Assembly (NCBI GenBank): GCA_010093815.1
Contig: ML996565.1
DNA length: 64,000 nucleotides
DNA from: Pseudovirgaria hyperparasitica
Lineage: Eukaryota
Strand: one strand, 5' to 3'
The position numbers were made by a program, and so were the translations under genes. The notes under the pieces are model-generated. The model had not been told where the DNA came from and did no database searches. It worked only from the letters and a program-made list of their open reading frames with translations. Shown here piece by piece: positions 52,919-64,000 of this stretch. Position 1 is the first letter of the stretch; the number at the start of each line of letters is the position of its first letter.

Positions 52919-55569
52919 AACTCTATGGCCTCGTCGCTTCCTGCGTACGCTGCTCGTCTTCGATGTCCAGAGTCTTTGGCTTTCAGTAACAACATAAGGA
53001 ACAGCATGACAATGAGAATATATTTTCTCTACTATGTCTTAGCAAAGACTCCACTTATAGCCTTCTTGGGACTACTCTTCCTACCCTGCCTGTTAAGCGG
53101 TCGTTGACTGTAACGCTAATCTGCCCGTGTAGATCTCGATGATCGTACATATTGCTACTGTATATTGGTACTTGTTGAGGTTCGTTCAAATAAAATCTAT
53201 GGTACACCGACGCGTCGTCCCGCTGGCTCCATCCGTCGCTGGAGAATCCTAGCAATCAGAAATGCTATTCGACAGGGCGGACGGGAGGGACGATCTCATC
53301 CCTTAACCAAAAAGACCTTGCAGTAAATTCTATAGAATCGGTAAGGGGCTGGACAGTCATAAAATAAAAATGCCCACTCGACGGTTTCGATGAGTCCTTG
53401 GGCGGGGAATGGGCGAAGACCACGCCCGGAGACGACAAGTATGACAAACGCCGCACTAACTGTGGCCAACATGGCGCAACGCGCATATTGTTGGCATAAC
53501 GTGATCGGAACGCCATGCGATCTACGAGGTCGGTGTGGACGGATGTTCGTGCCGCATGCTGCAGCCTACAGACGGCAAAGACTCAGGGCTGTGTTTACCG
53601 ACGTGAGGCGACATATACCGCGCCTCTACTCAGCTCTTTGATGATAGGATATAGAGCAATGGTGAGCGACACGACTAAAATTTGCCAGCTGTAAGTAAGT
53701 ACCTGGTGTTTTTGTTGGTAGCAAATTACGGTACCTGGATCGTGTCTGCCTTGTGTTTTGCAGTAGGCACAGGGAAGTGTCAGTCTTTGTGACACCGCAT
53801 GTTCACAGCCGCACCTGTAAGAGCTCTTATGTTAGGCATCGCACGAATCATGGTATCTAGTCGAATATATGCCGTTATAGGCAGGAGGCTGTATTCTTGT
53901 CCAGTCCATTACCGCGCAAGCGCTACAATTGAACTAAGCAGTAGGATGTAGTAGATTCAGCCATGGGGGGCTTGTTCACAGCTAGGGGGAACAAACGCAC
54001 ACCGTGATTCTTCTAAACGAAAAGAATGGGATACTTAAAACTCTCATTGGTGCCTGGCCTTCCAAATACTATCAGGTTGCTTGTGCCAAACAGATCCACA
54101 GGCGCAGACATTGAACGGACTTTGTAGAATATACCAGCACCATTGTACTCAATCAGACGTCATGCGCTAATAAAGGTCAGCAGGATAGGGTTACCCAACA
54201 CGACCATACTAGCTCTCGATGTCATAATTGGTTGTCGATCGTTCTCCTGACTGTCACAGTAAATTTACCATATACCTAATATAGATTTCACAAGCAAGGA
54301 CCATAGCCATGGTACCAAGTCATAGGGATGTGACCACACTTCGCGTCTAATATCCCATGTCCGCTAAGCTCAGTCTCCTGCAGATATACGGGGATCTAAC
54401 GACCCGGCATCGGTATTATAGCCCTATAGGGCTATGTTAGCAAGGATGAGTAGGCCAGGCTATCAGGTTATGTCGAGATCATCTGCAACTACCCGTCCAA
54501 TTGTAAACCTCAATTCTCATGTTACGAGTCAGATATACAACTCATCATGGTAATGTTGAAAGAACACCATTCGAGATGCACGTTGAGCACTCCGCTGGTC
54601 TCGAATTACAAGGGAGGCTATTGAGAGAACCTTCATATTGTAACGGTCAGATTAGTGCTGTATATGTAATATTACGGCTGGGAATTGGTTTTCCTAATCT
54701 TAGGCTGTTTATATACTGATTGAATAGTTGTAATGTAAGTACTGGCAGGTTTTCAGCGTTGATTTTGCTCTTGAACAATGCTTTGAGTAACTCAGGGATG
54801 AGTTAGTGGTATTTGCCTCTATGGAGGCGAATACAATATCATGGTCTTCTATTCTGCCTATTTGTTTGATTCTACGGCACGGCTCAAAGTTGCTTGAATG
54901 ACGTGGGTAAATTCCAGCTACGGCGTTAGATGTAATGTCCCAGTGGCTACGAGTGGCGTAGCCATCTCGCTTGAAGAAATGCATAGTCTTGTATGGCAAG
55001 GCCACTTATTATCTTTTCGACTTGGAGACGGTCAATGGACTAATCAGGCGGCACGCGTTGGCGTTCTTACGAAAGTGGAGAAATGCGGCGAACTCATAGC
55101 GCAAACAAAGTAGGTGCTTATCAGTATGCCTTGCTCGGTGTCTGAATGGACATGAACGAAGACACTGAAATATAGACACGACTGTGACCTAGGCACTTCG
55201 AGCCGACCAAGTTACGTTTCCAGAAGACGAGTCAAGGAGGCGTATAACAAGTCAGTGTGAAGATCCCAGCTAGAATGAGCCCATATCTCCTAAGTGAAGA
55301 CTCCACAGCAAAATTGGACCTTGACTCTCTCTTACTGTGTGCTAGACAAGCTCGTTTGACCGTTCCTGCAGTTGAGCCCCGGCTGTCACATCTAGGCCAT
55401 CCTAGAGCATGAAGGGGCGTCATAACCTCGTATGCCGTATAAAGTACCGCCGGTACAACTGACTGAATTGTTGATAGCATCACATTTTCACTTTGGACAG
55501 CCCACTGCACACATAATTCTCCTGAGTGGTACCACCCTTGATTCTCATAGAACGACATCAGGAGCAACA

Positions 55570-56775
55570 ATGTCCGACAGCTACGAAAACGCAGAGATAG
55601 AAGTTGAAATGGAGCGTACGGAATTCATGGGAAGGGAATATCAGACCTGGTCTGTAGAGCAGAACGTATATAAGGTTCCAATTGACGATGTAAGTTTGGT
55701 TGTAAGCCCTCAATCTCGCTTTCTGACCTAATTCTGGCAATACTGGCAGCGGCAACTAACTTGGTATATAGGAAGAAGAAGACCGTCTGGAAGAGGAACA
55801 TGCTATTATCTCTGGATTTTTCAGTACCACGGGTGAGGATCGTCTGTACTTCGCTCCGTTGACCAGACCCAAGAACATTCTTGAATGTGGCTATGGTAGA
55901 GGTCATTGGGCCATTGCGATCGCCAATCAGTTCCCAGATTCAACTGTAAGCTGAAATGGACGCATGGTAGCTGTAATTGAAGAGCGGTACTAAGTTTACT
56001 TGCAGGTTTGTGGCGTTGATATCAACTGGGAGGCACTTCCAGAAGAGCCTGAGAATCTTGTCCTCGAATGGGCTAACCTCAACAAGAATATAACATCCAA
56101 AAGTAAATCTGGGGAGCTGCAACAAGGAAAGTTCGATTACATCCATTCGAGATTCATTGCATTCGGACTCAGAGAAAAGAGATGGCCGAGCTACGTCAAA
56201 GAACTGAGAAGTCTCGTCAAGAGGGGTGGCTATGTTGAATTCGTAGAGTATGATTTCTTGTTCCAGTCTGATAGTGGATGGTGCGGCTATGATCCGAAGC
56301 AATTCGCAATTGGGCAGCTGTCGGATTATGTTCGCGATTGGCAGACGCGTTACCACTCCAGTGATGCGCGTGCTAGTACAAAGCTTGCGACCTTGATGGG
56401 AGACGCTGGCTACAAAAACGTAGTATCTGGGATGTATCAAGTACCTATCGGCAGCTGGGGTGATAGTAAGTTTCTAGTCTTGGGTATGTTGAACTGGTCC
56501 TTGCTTATGGCATCTCTTTCAGGTGAACACCATCGCTACTGGGGGGAGCGAAACAAAAACAACACCAAAAGGCTTTTAGAATCTTTTGCTCTATGGCCAC
56601 TTTCAGAATTTGGCTGGCCAGATTCAGAAGCCACAGTTCGCAGTTTGATAACAAGAGCTCAGCAGGATCTGGATAATCCGCACCTTCGGTTATACATCCG
56701 CCTGTAAGTGACTGGAGCCTATCGCCTAATCTAGCTAATTGTTGGTATAGCTATTATGCGTATGGATCGCGCTGA
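55570..56775 (+). CDS. LaeA-like/TAM-family SAM-dependent methyltransferase
   Basis: GREYQ...PIDD|EEEDRL, ILECGYGRGHW motif I, FDYIHSR, GGYVEFVE and VPIGSW. Four introns. Confidence 0.88.
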
Positions 56776-57794
56776 AGAGACATGTTTGGTTAGGTGGTAT
56801 ATGTTGTAGACTGTTCCTCAAGGAGATTCTGAAGCGGAAATTGCTTGATAGTTATAAGGTGTACTTATACGTAGCTTCTCCACGTGGGGCACCTCGTGGT
56901 GATGATGATTAGCTCATCCTTTTGACAAAGCTCTCTGTCGCTGTTTGTTGGCTTCTAATAGATGTTACCTTCAATTCTCTGATCATACTGGCTCGGAAAT
57001 CGATAACTGGAGCTCAATTGCCGATAGCGCATAGTGAAGAAATTTGTCTATCCTACTGTATACTTGAGCACAGTCACACGATCAAATAATGGTAAGGTAT
57101 GAAATCTTCTTGCCATAAAGAGGGCCCATGTAGGAAGTCTTATCTGAGATCTATTGTCTGAAACAGAAAGGTTTAATTTCTGCGTACGATACATCATTTA
57201 GGTATTTTTCATCACGCCTAGGTGCATCCGGATCTGCCCACGCCTCGTGTCATACGTCAACATGTTTTTATTTCCCCTGTGCTTCCACAAAAACTTCGGA
57301 AACGTCGGGACTTCGAACATTTCCGCCGTGCTACCGTGTCCGGATCAGCGCATCGCTTCGGTCCATTTGCATCTCAGAATCTCCGCACGCATCCGCGCTT
57401 TGTGTTGTAGCCAACCGTGGCCGAAATATTCCATTCGTCTTGTCGGAAAAATTCGTTGCCATGAAATTTCAGGTGGGCGGACACCATGACACCGATGATC
57501 ACTATAGCTATTTTTTCCTGACGGGAGCTCTTGTTCCGGTCGGCTCTGCGCATCCATTTAGCCAGAATCTAAACTTCGTATTTGTATCAGAAGCTGTCGG
57601 ACGATATCTGCAATATACCGCTGCATACGCTAGCCTAGCCACCCTGTAGTGCCGCGTTACATGGAATGCTAGTCAGTGCATATTCCGAGGCCTCAACCTT
57701 AGTGCTATATCGTTAATTAGTACTTAAAGCCATGTGGGTTCGCTGCTATGCCTGGTCTATGACGGCACGGCGCGATTCTTGCCACCTCACCATT

Positions 57795-59044
57795 ATGAAG
57801 TTCATCACTATCGTGGCGGTGGCTGGTGCTCTGGGTTTTGCTACTGCAATACCAACCCAGGAAAATGGTTACGGCAAAGGCTGGGATTTGCGAAATTTCA
57901 AGAGCCTCGTCGCTTTCGGCGATAGTTACACAGACGAGGTTTGTACAACAACGCGCTAGGCTTCATGCTTGGGGATTGACAATTCGTAGTCAAGACTGGC
58001 ATACTTTTCTGAGAACGGGGCTGCACCACCCGTCGGCACGATTCTACAGGAGGTCAGTAGCAGCACAAAAATTGATAGTCTTTTGGCTCATTGACGCAGG
58101 GCCTCGCAACCTCTACAGGCGGCCGTGTCTGGGCTCGTTATGTCGTGCAATACACTGGGGTCAACCTCTACAATTATGCTGTGTCTGGCGCGGTATGCTC
58201 AAACGATATAACGCCCCGATTCTTATCGGAAGCGCTTGGCCTATTCCCGTCCGTTCAGCAGTATGAGATCCCAGCCTTCATTGCAGACTCCGCATATGTC
58301 TCACCTCAGGGCAACAAGGTGCTCGATATCCCAGCAGACCAGACAGTGTACGCCATATGGATTGGGACGAATGATCTTGGTAACAAGGCATTCCTCACCG
58401 ACTCCCAGGTCAAAGGCAAAACCCTGGTCGACTATATGGACTGCGTCTACAGTGCACTTGACGAGGTGTACAAGAATGGCGGGAGATATTTTGTCGTGAT
58501 GAACGTTGCACCATTGCAACTACTCCCACAGTACGCAGTACCTGAAGCTGGTGGTCTCAGTGCGACGCAATACTGGAAAGATAAGCCCAGTAATATCACT
58601 GAAATAAGCTATCGTATGCTGGAGTCTGTTGTCACTGTCAACGACATCTACAAGTACAAAACGCCGTACGAGGTGAAAGTGGCACAACGCTACCCCGGCG
58701 CACAGTTTGCGGTATTCGACACAAATGCCTTAGTAAGTTGAACCTATCATTCGACGGCTTAACTTTCCTGACCAGTGCCTCAGCTTTCCGACATATACTA
58801 TCATCCCGAGCAATTTTTAAATGGTACTGCTCCTCTAGACGTCACAAGCTCTGTGAACGTGTGTGATGCGGTCACTGAGAAGTGTACGCGTGATCCTAAT
58901 GCAGATGCATATGCATGGTTTGACGCTCTGCATCCGAGTGAACAGACCGATCGCATTATCGCTCGCGAGTTTGTGGAATTGACCAAAGGAGCTAGCAAAT
59001 ACGCGACATACTGGGGCTGCGAAGAAGGAAATTTGAGCACTTAG
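57795..59044 (+). CDS. Secreted SGNH/GDSL esterase (CE16-like acetylesterase)
   Basis: Signal peptide, FGDSY, YAVSGA, WIGTND and WFDALHP blocks. Three introns. Confidence 0.92.
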
Positions 59045-59267
59045 AATAGTGATATAGCATCGATGAGATGATTTGTTCCAAGACATGAAGTTTGTATTGA
59101 TTGTCAAACAGTTTTGATTATCACGTGCATTGCTTAGGTATTTCGGTGTCCGTGCCGCTTTAGCCGCAAACACCGACCTCTCCTTTTGAACGAAACACCA
59201 AGCTCACACCACTAAACAAGTCTCGCTTCTTTGTAGCATTCGCGCAAATCGGATTGAAACATAGATA

Positions 59268-60143
59268 ATGGCGCGCTCTCTTTTCACGAGGAAAAAGGAC
59301 CTTATATATTTGATCTTCTTCTTTTCACATATTCCCATTGTGTTCCGTAAGTACCAGTACATTCCATGGCACACATCCTGAGGTCTCTTATATACAAATG
59401 TTGACCGACCCAACAATGCTGTTGATTGTGAATGTACTATACTGGAAAAAGCCCCGAGTTGACCATTTCTGCAGTGTTCGACTTGACGCCATTGTATCCC
59501 GACTACTTCAAGCCAACATGGATGAAAGATCTGATGACATGGTACATCGCGACGTATAAGGATCAAAACTTCATTTCTCCACAGTACGGGCAACACTCTT
59601 TCCCAATGCGGCTTTGCTAACTTATGACGTGCGTAAGACCTTGGTTCACTGCATGCCGTTGGATGGAGCTCTTCTACCACGCACCGCTTAGTCTGTGGGC
59701 AGTGCGGGCGATCTGGAGAGGTATGTCGAATCCCTCATCTCTTCTAGCCAGAATCTGTTATTGGAGCATGTGCGAGCGATGTGGAAGACGCCGTCAATCA
59801 ATCAAGCTTACCGCAATGTATGCCACGGCCTGATAACAATACGCAGACAACCCCAACCTTCCCATTCACCTTCTTGTCTTCGCAGTGCAAACCGCTGTCA
59901 CGACTTTCATCTGCATCGTCGATTTCGTCAGCTGGGATGTGATCACGACGGATGAGAAGGTGCAGATTGGCACGCTCTATGGACCGTATTTGCTGCTTGG
60001 TACGTTCTATGGCGTGTTCCGTAATGTGTAGGTGATTACTGACGTGGCGTATAGCGGTGCTCATGGGACTAGATATGCTGGGCAGGCTGAAGAAGACGAC
60101 GGGTGCATTAATGGGGAAGAGCAGGGCGCTCAAGAACAGATGA
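59268..60143 (+). CDS. TMEM97/EXPERA (DUF2781) membrane protein
   Basis: MARSLFSRKKDLIYLIFFFSHIP, DLTPLYP, WYIATYKDQNF, WMELFYHAP and LYGPY across four introns. Confidence 0.88.
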
Positions 60144-60327
60144 GCGAGAGTGACGCTAGAGTATCAGGATCGCGTCCAGCATGCGCGTGTAGGACGAGGA
60201 GAAGCATTTGCAGATAAACAAAGTGAAACATCACTTTGACGCCCAACCCCTAAGCGTCCCTACGTCATAGCAGCCAATAACCAATGATAGCAGCATAGCT
60301 ACCTAAACAGGCAATCCAATGACCACC

Positions 60328-61390
60328 ATCGTGGAAGTTCGTGGTCAAAAGTGATGCTCTTGGCTGGACCCTGGCTCAGGACCTGTTTCTAACAGACAAA
60401 TCTGAAACACGCCCTATGATATACGTCATAACAGCCGATAGCCAATAACAGCCACCTCTCATGGCGTACACACTGAAATAGGCAGTCTATAGTGTATTAT
60501 CGTGGAAGTTCGTGGTCAAAAGTGATGGTCTTGGCTGGACCCTGTATACTAATAAATAAACCTGAAACACAGCCTACCCCGTGTCATACGTCATAGTATC
60601 CGATAACCAATAATAGTAATCTCTCTGAGCATAGCCATCGAAATAGGCAATCCTTTAAGACATTATCGTGGAAGTTCGTGGCCAAACTTGATGGTCTTGG
60701 CTGGACCCTGGCTTAAGCCTATTCTGGCCGATAGTGGGTCTAGAAAAGTGAATAGGCTGATAAACAAACATTTGAACAAAGATAACACGCGACGGCGTGT
60801 GTCATAGTGGCCTATAGCTAATAATAGCATCTCCTTGGCCTAGGGCTGACCAAACAGGTAATAATACGACATCATCGTTGAAGTTCGTGGCCAAACTAGA
60901 TGCTCTTGGCTGGACCCTGAAGTAAGACCTGACCTTTTCAAAGTATAGAAGCAGGAGAAGTGAACAGCCGCTAGACAGAGTTAGAAGCGAATAGAGGGCC
61001 TAGGCCTTGGTGAAAGAGGTAATAAACTGTATGGTCATGGTCGTGGAAGTTCGTGGTCAAACTTGATGCTCTTGGCTGGACCCTGAAGTCGAATACAACG
61101 ATCTGAAACATAGGAGTTGAGGAACTGAAACGCCACTAGGAGCGGTATCAGAGCGAATAGAAGGCCAGGCCCTGGTGAAAGAGGCAATAGAGTGTATAGT
61201 CGTGGAAGTTCGTGGTCAAATTTGATGGTCTTGGCTGGACCCTGATGATTCTGAAACAGGAGACCAAACGCCGCTAGAATGGGTTAGAGCGAATGGAAGG
61301 CCCGGGATAGCTGGACGCTGGCGAAAGAGGTAATAGAGTGTATAGTCGTGGAAGTTCGTGGTCAAACTTGATGGTCTTGGCTGGACCCTG
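60328..61390. repeat. Array of seven 46-nt conserved direct repeats with 100-163 nt diverged spacers
   Basis: Cores at 60328, 60499, 60665, 60874, 61040, 61199 and 61345. Consensus RTCGTGGAAGTTCGTGGYCAAAHKTGATGSTCTTGGCTGGACCCTG. Confidence 0.97.
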
Positions 61391-61583
61391 GATACTGTAA
61401 GGCCTGCTGGGAGCTGTTCAAGGAGAAGTCAGTGGAGACAGTGAGAGATGATGCTTGAGTGAACGCTGAGCGTTACTTGAATTCACACACACACACAAGG
61501 TTTGTGTTCGCATCCGCAACGCAAAGCAGTCAGACGTCTCATGATTCTTTCCTCTCCTCTACATGCTGGATGGAGGACTATGA

Positions 61584-62958
61584 CTATGCAAAGTAGCCGT
61601 CAATGCTTCTCCGAAACACCCCGTTCTGTAATCTCCTTCCTATCAGAACGAGCTTGCCTTCACTGCCGCGTGTCTGGTCCGAGTTTCCAGGACTATCCTT
61701 CTCGTCTAGGATATCAAATACTTCACGCACTCCCTGTATCAGCTTCACTCCGCCGCCTTTGACCAATATCCTTCCCTTCAGCCTATGGATTTCGAAGGAA
61801 GCCTCCTGCTGTCCCTCTCCAGGGAGTATATTCTCCCACAGTGTACTCCGTAGCCACGCGTCCAGCTTTTCCAGCCCATTCTCATCAAGCTCAGGCACAC
61901 CCAACGTGACCGTAGAGATCGCGGGATCGAGATGGGAGTGGCCCTTTGATGCAAAGTCTAGCTCTGCGGTAGTTATCGAGTCGTACGCATGCAAGTCTAA
62001 TAGCACTCCTTCTAGCTGTGGTACCTTCGAATGACTTGTGATGTGGACTCGTGCAAGCCCATTCACTGCCTTGATCCGCCCTAGCACATTCTCCAGTTCC
62101 TCATCTGTGACTAAATCGCTTTTATTCAAGACGATGACGTCCGCGTGGCTCAACTGTAGATGTGCTGTTGTAAGCTCCGGGCCATTGTGATCGTGGTCCT
62201 GAGCATCTGGCCTGGTTTCTGGTGATGGTTCGTCGAGAGACTTGAGTACATTCTTGGCGTCGACAAGTGTGACAATGCCGTCGAGGTAGATGGTGCTGCC
62301 TAGACCTTCGTCGACCCAGAATAGGGGTGCGATGTTGCCTGGGTCTGCAAGGCCGGTCGTTTCGAGGAGGATGTAGTCGAAGGCGCCTTGGCGTTCCATG
62401 AGTGATTCTATGGCTGCCACACCGGAGTCTCTGGATGGTGTAAGTACTCGAACGAGGAGTATAGAGGATGATATACTTGACAGAGCAGCATATGCAGCCA
62501 TTCGCAAGTTCGAGCCATTCCTCGACTTCCTGGCCATCTTTGTTGACAGTAAGGGACTTTTCAATGTCCGTCGCTAAGGTATATCAGTGTGAAGATACTT
62601 ATATTAGAGCTAAAGCAGCTCACAATCGCCAAACTCTATGATATATCAGTATACATATGGTTGACAGTGCCGTTGTGTCTACATGCCGTTCAGGATGACG
62701 GCTACCCTTTTGCCGTGTTTTTCATTGAGGATATAGTTAAGCAGAGTGGTTTTGCCTGCTCCGAGATATCCTTATGATGTTCAGTGCCGCATCATCGCAG
62801 TTTGAGAGGTGTAGCACACCTGTGACGATTGTTATAGGCACTTTCGTAATGCTGCTGACTTCTTCTCGCTCCTGGTCTGGTGCTCCGATTGAAGTGGTCG
62901 TCTCGTCGGTAGGTACCAACGATGGGGGTTCGTCATCTAAATCTGCGTCCATGTCCAT
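61584..62958 (-). CDS. ZNG1: CobW/COG0523 zinc metallochaperone GTPase (ZNG1/CBWD)
   Basis: [37 protein letters not shown] and the CobW_C motif HRLKG. Several 5' introns. Confidence 0.93.
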
Positions 62959-63290
62959 TGTATATATTCCAAAAGGCGTTGTCGACGCCCGCTATCTAGT
63001 TGCTGGCTGATGCTAGCATGCAAATGTATTGTGTAAGAGACGCGAAACCCTCTGGGATTTCAAAATAAAGCCTAACGTGTGCGACCAGAGCAATCCAGTT
63101 AATCCTGACACGATGCAGTCTAAATGTGATATTGTGTATATCTTATAAGTGTGCTCAGTGGTTCAAGTGTGTAGGGTCTGATTCTTCTTGTAGCACAACG
63201 ACAACTCGGTGGCCCAAGCGCGCTCGAGCTAGCTACCTACTACCTGCGCGTGCATGTTCGTCCCAGCTCCAAGATACACTCTACATTGAC

Positions 63291-64000
63291 ATGGCTGCAT
63301 CACCCGCCAGCTCGCCACGGCTACCAAGTCCGCCGCCTATCGCAGAGGATCAAATAGGTCCAACATCGCCTGGACCTGCGACGGCTTCGACTGACGACTA
63401 TGGCAAGCTTGCCGTGCCGCAAAGTGTCGACCACAGCGCTGCGAGAAGGATACGGCCTGGAACGAAAGCAAATGACATGGCAAAAGGACCACCATTGGTA
63501 CCGCTGACTGAGGTACATGCCATCTATAGCCACAGCCATCAGACCTAATGTTCTGTAGATTGACTCGCCGTTCCAATTGACCGAGCATCTCAAAGCCCTA
63601 CATTATTCCTATACCCATCCGACCGGAACCCAGAACCCTTCACCTATCGACAAGACCTCGGCGCGGAAGCTCGCTCTGGCGCCTGAAGGCGTGTCGCGAG
63701 AATTGTGGCTGTACGAGCTGTGTCGTTTCCACACGCAGAATCTCAACTCAATTGTCATCACCCTCTTCGCCGCGAAACCTCCGTGTTCATCACAGACATG
63801 TCCCGATATGCGCGCATCTGAATGGCAATATCTCTGCGCCGTACATGACCCACCGAAATCGTGCTGTGCTATAGACTACTGCTGCCACACACTCGACTGC
63901 GCAGGCAACACTCTTACCTCGCCGAAACACTTTCCCAGTAGACTGCATCTGGGTTCAGATATCGGTAACCCGGACCAGCAAATACGACAGCTGACAATCA
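63291..64000 (+). CDS. mob3: MOB3/MOB4 (phocein), STRIPAK subunit, runs off the window
   Basis: MAASPASSPRLPSPPP, RRIRPGTK, an intron, then DSPFQLTEHL, WLYELCRF and WQYLCAVHDPPKSCCAIDYCCHTLD. Confidence 0.9.

Noticed and set aside
60328..61390. Calling the array a true CRISPR
   Set aside because: Eukaryotic context, no cas-like gene in the window, and spacers are long, unequal and homologous to each other.
60328..61390. Array core as a repeated coding exon (minus QGPAKTIKFDHELPR or RVQPRPSSLTTNFHD, plus SWKFVVKLDGLGWTL)
   Set aside because: No consistent GT donor after the cores, a stop in copy 4 of the first frame, unit lengths break frame, and changes are not concentrated at third positions. 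Not fully excluded without RNA-seq.
60328..61390. Array core as tRNA, 5S, U6 or C/D snoRNA
   Set aside because: No cloverleaf or 5S similarity. The TGGTCAAATTTGA resemblance to U6 lacks the ACAGAGA box. TGATG(C/G) is not a canonical C box, and CTGA closes only three cores.

Overview
Intron-containing genomic DNA from a filamentous ascomycete (Pezizomycotina; Dothideomycete-like is my inference from the proteins). Recognisable genes, in order: creA, a DUF1757-like membrane protein, SMC2, a small secreted Cys-rich protein, a NUDIX hydrolase, the Zn2Cys6 regulator farA/CTF1-alpha, RpiB, a Cdc25/rhodanese phosphatase, an AcpS-type PPTase, a mucin-like membrane protein, a PTH11-like receptor, ORC4, FOX2/foxA, a LaeA-like methyltransferase, a secreted SGNH esterase, a TMEM97/EXPERA protein, CobW/ZNG1 and the start of MOB3/phocein. 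The standout unexplained element is a non-coding array at 60328-61390: seven near-identical, indel-free 46-nt cores separated by 100-163 nt diverged spacers, between two convergent genes. Also notable are a TAG interrupting the conserved creA C-terminus, a frameshifted protein-kinase pseudogene missed by the ORF track, and micro-exons splitting the farA zinc cluster. Exon boundaries were read by eye and no searches were run.
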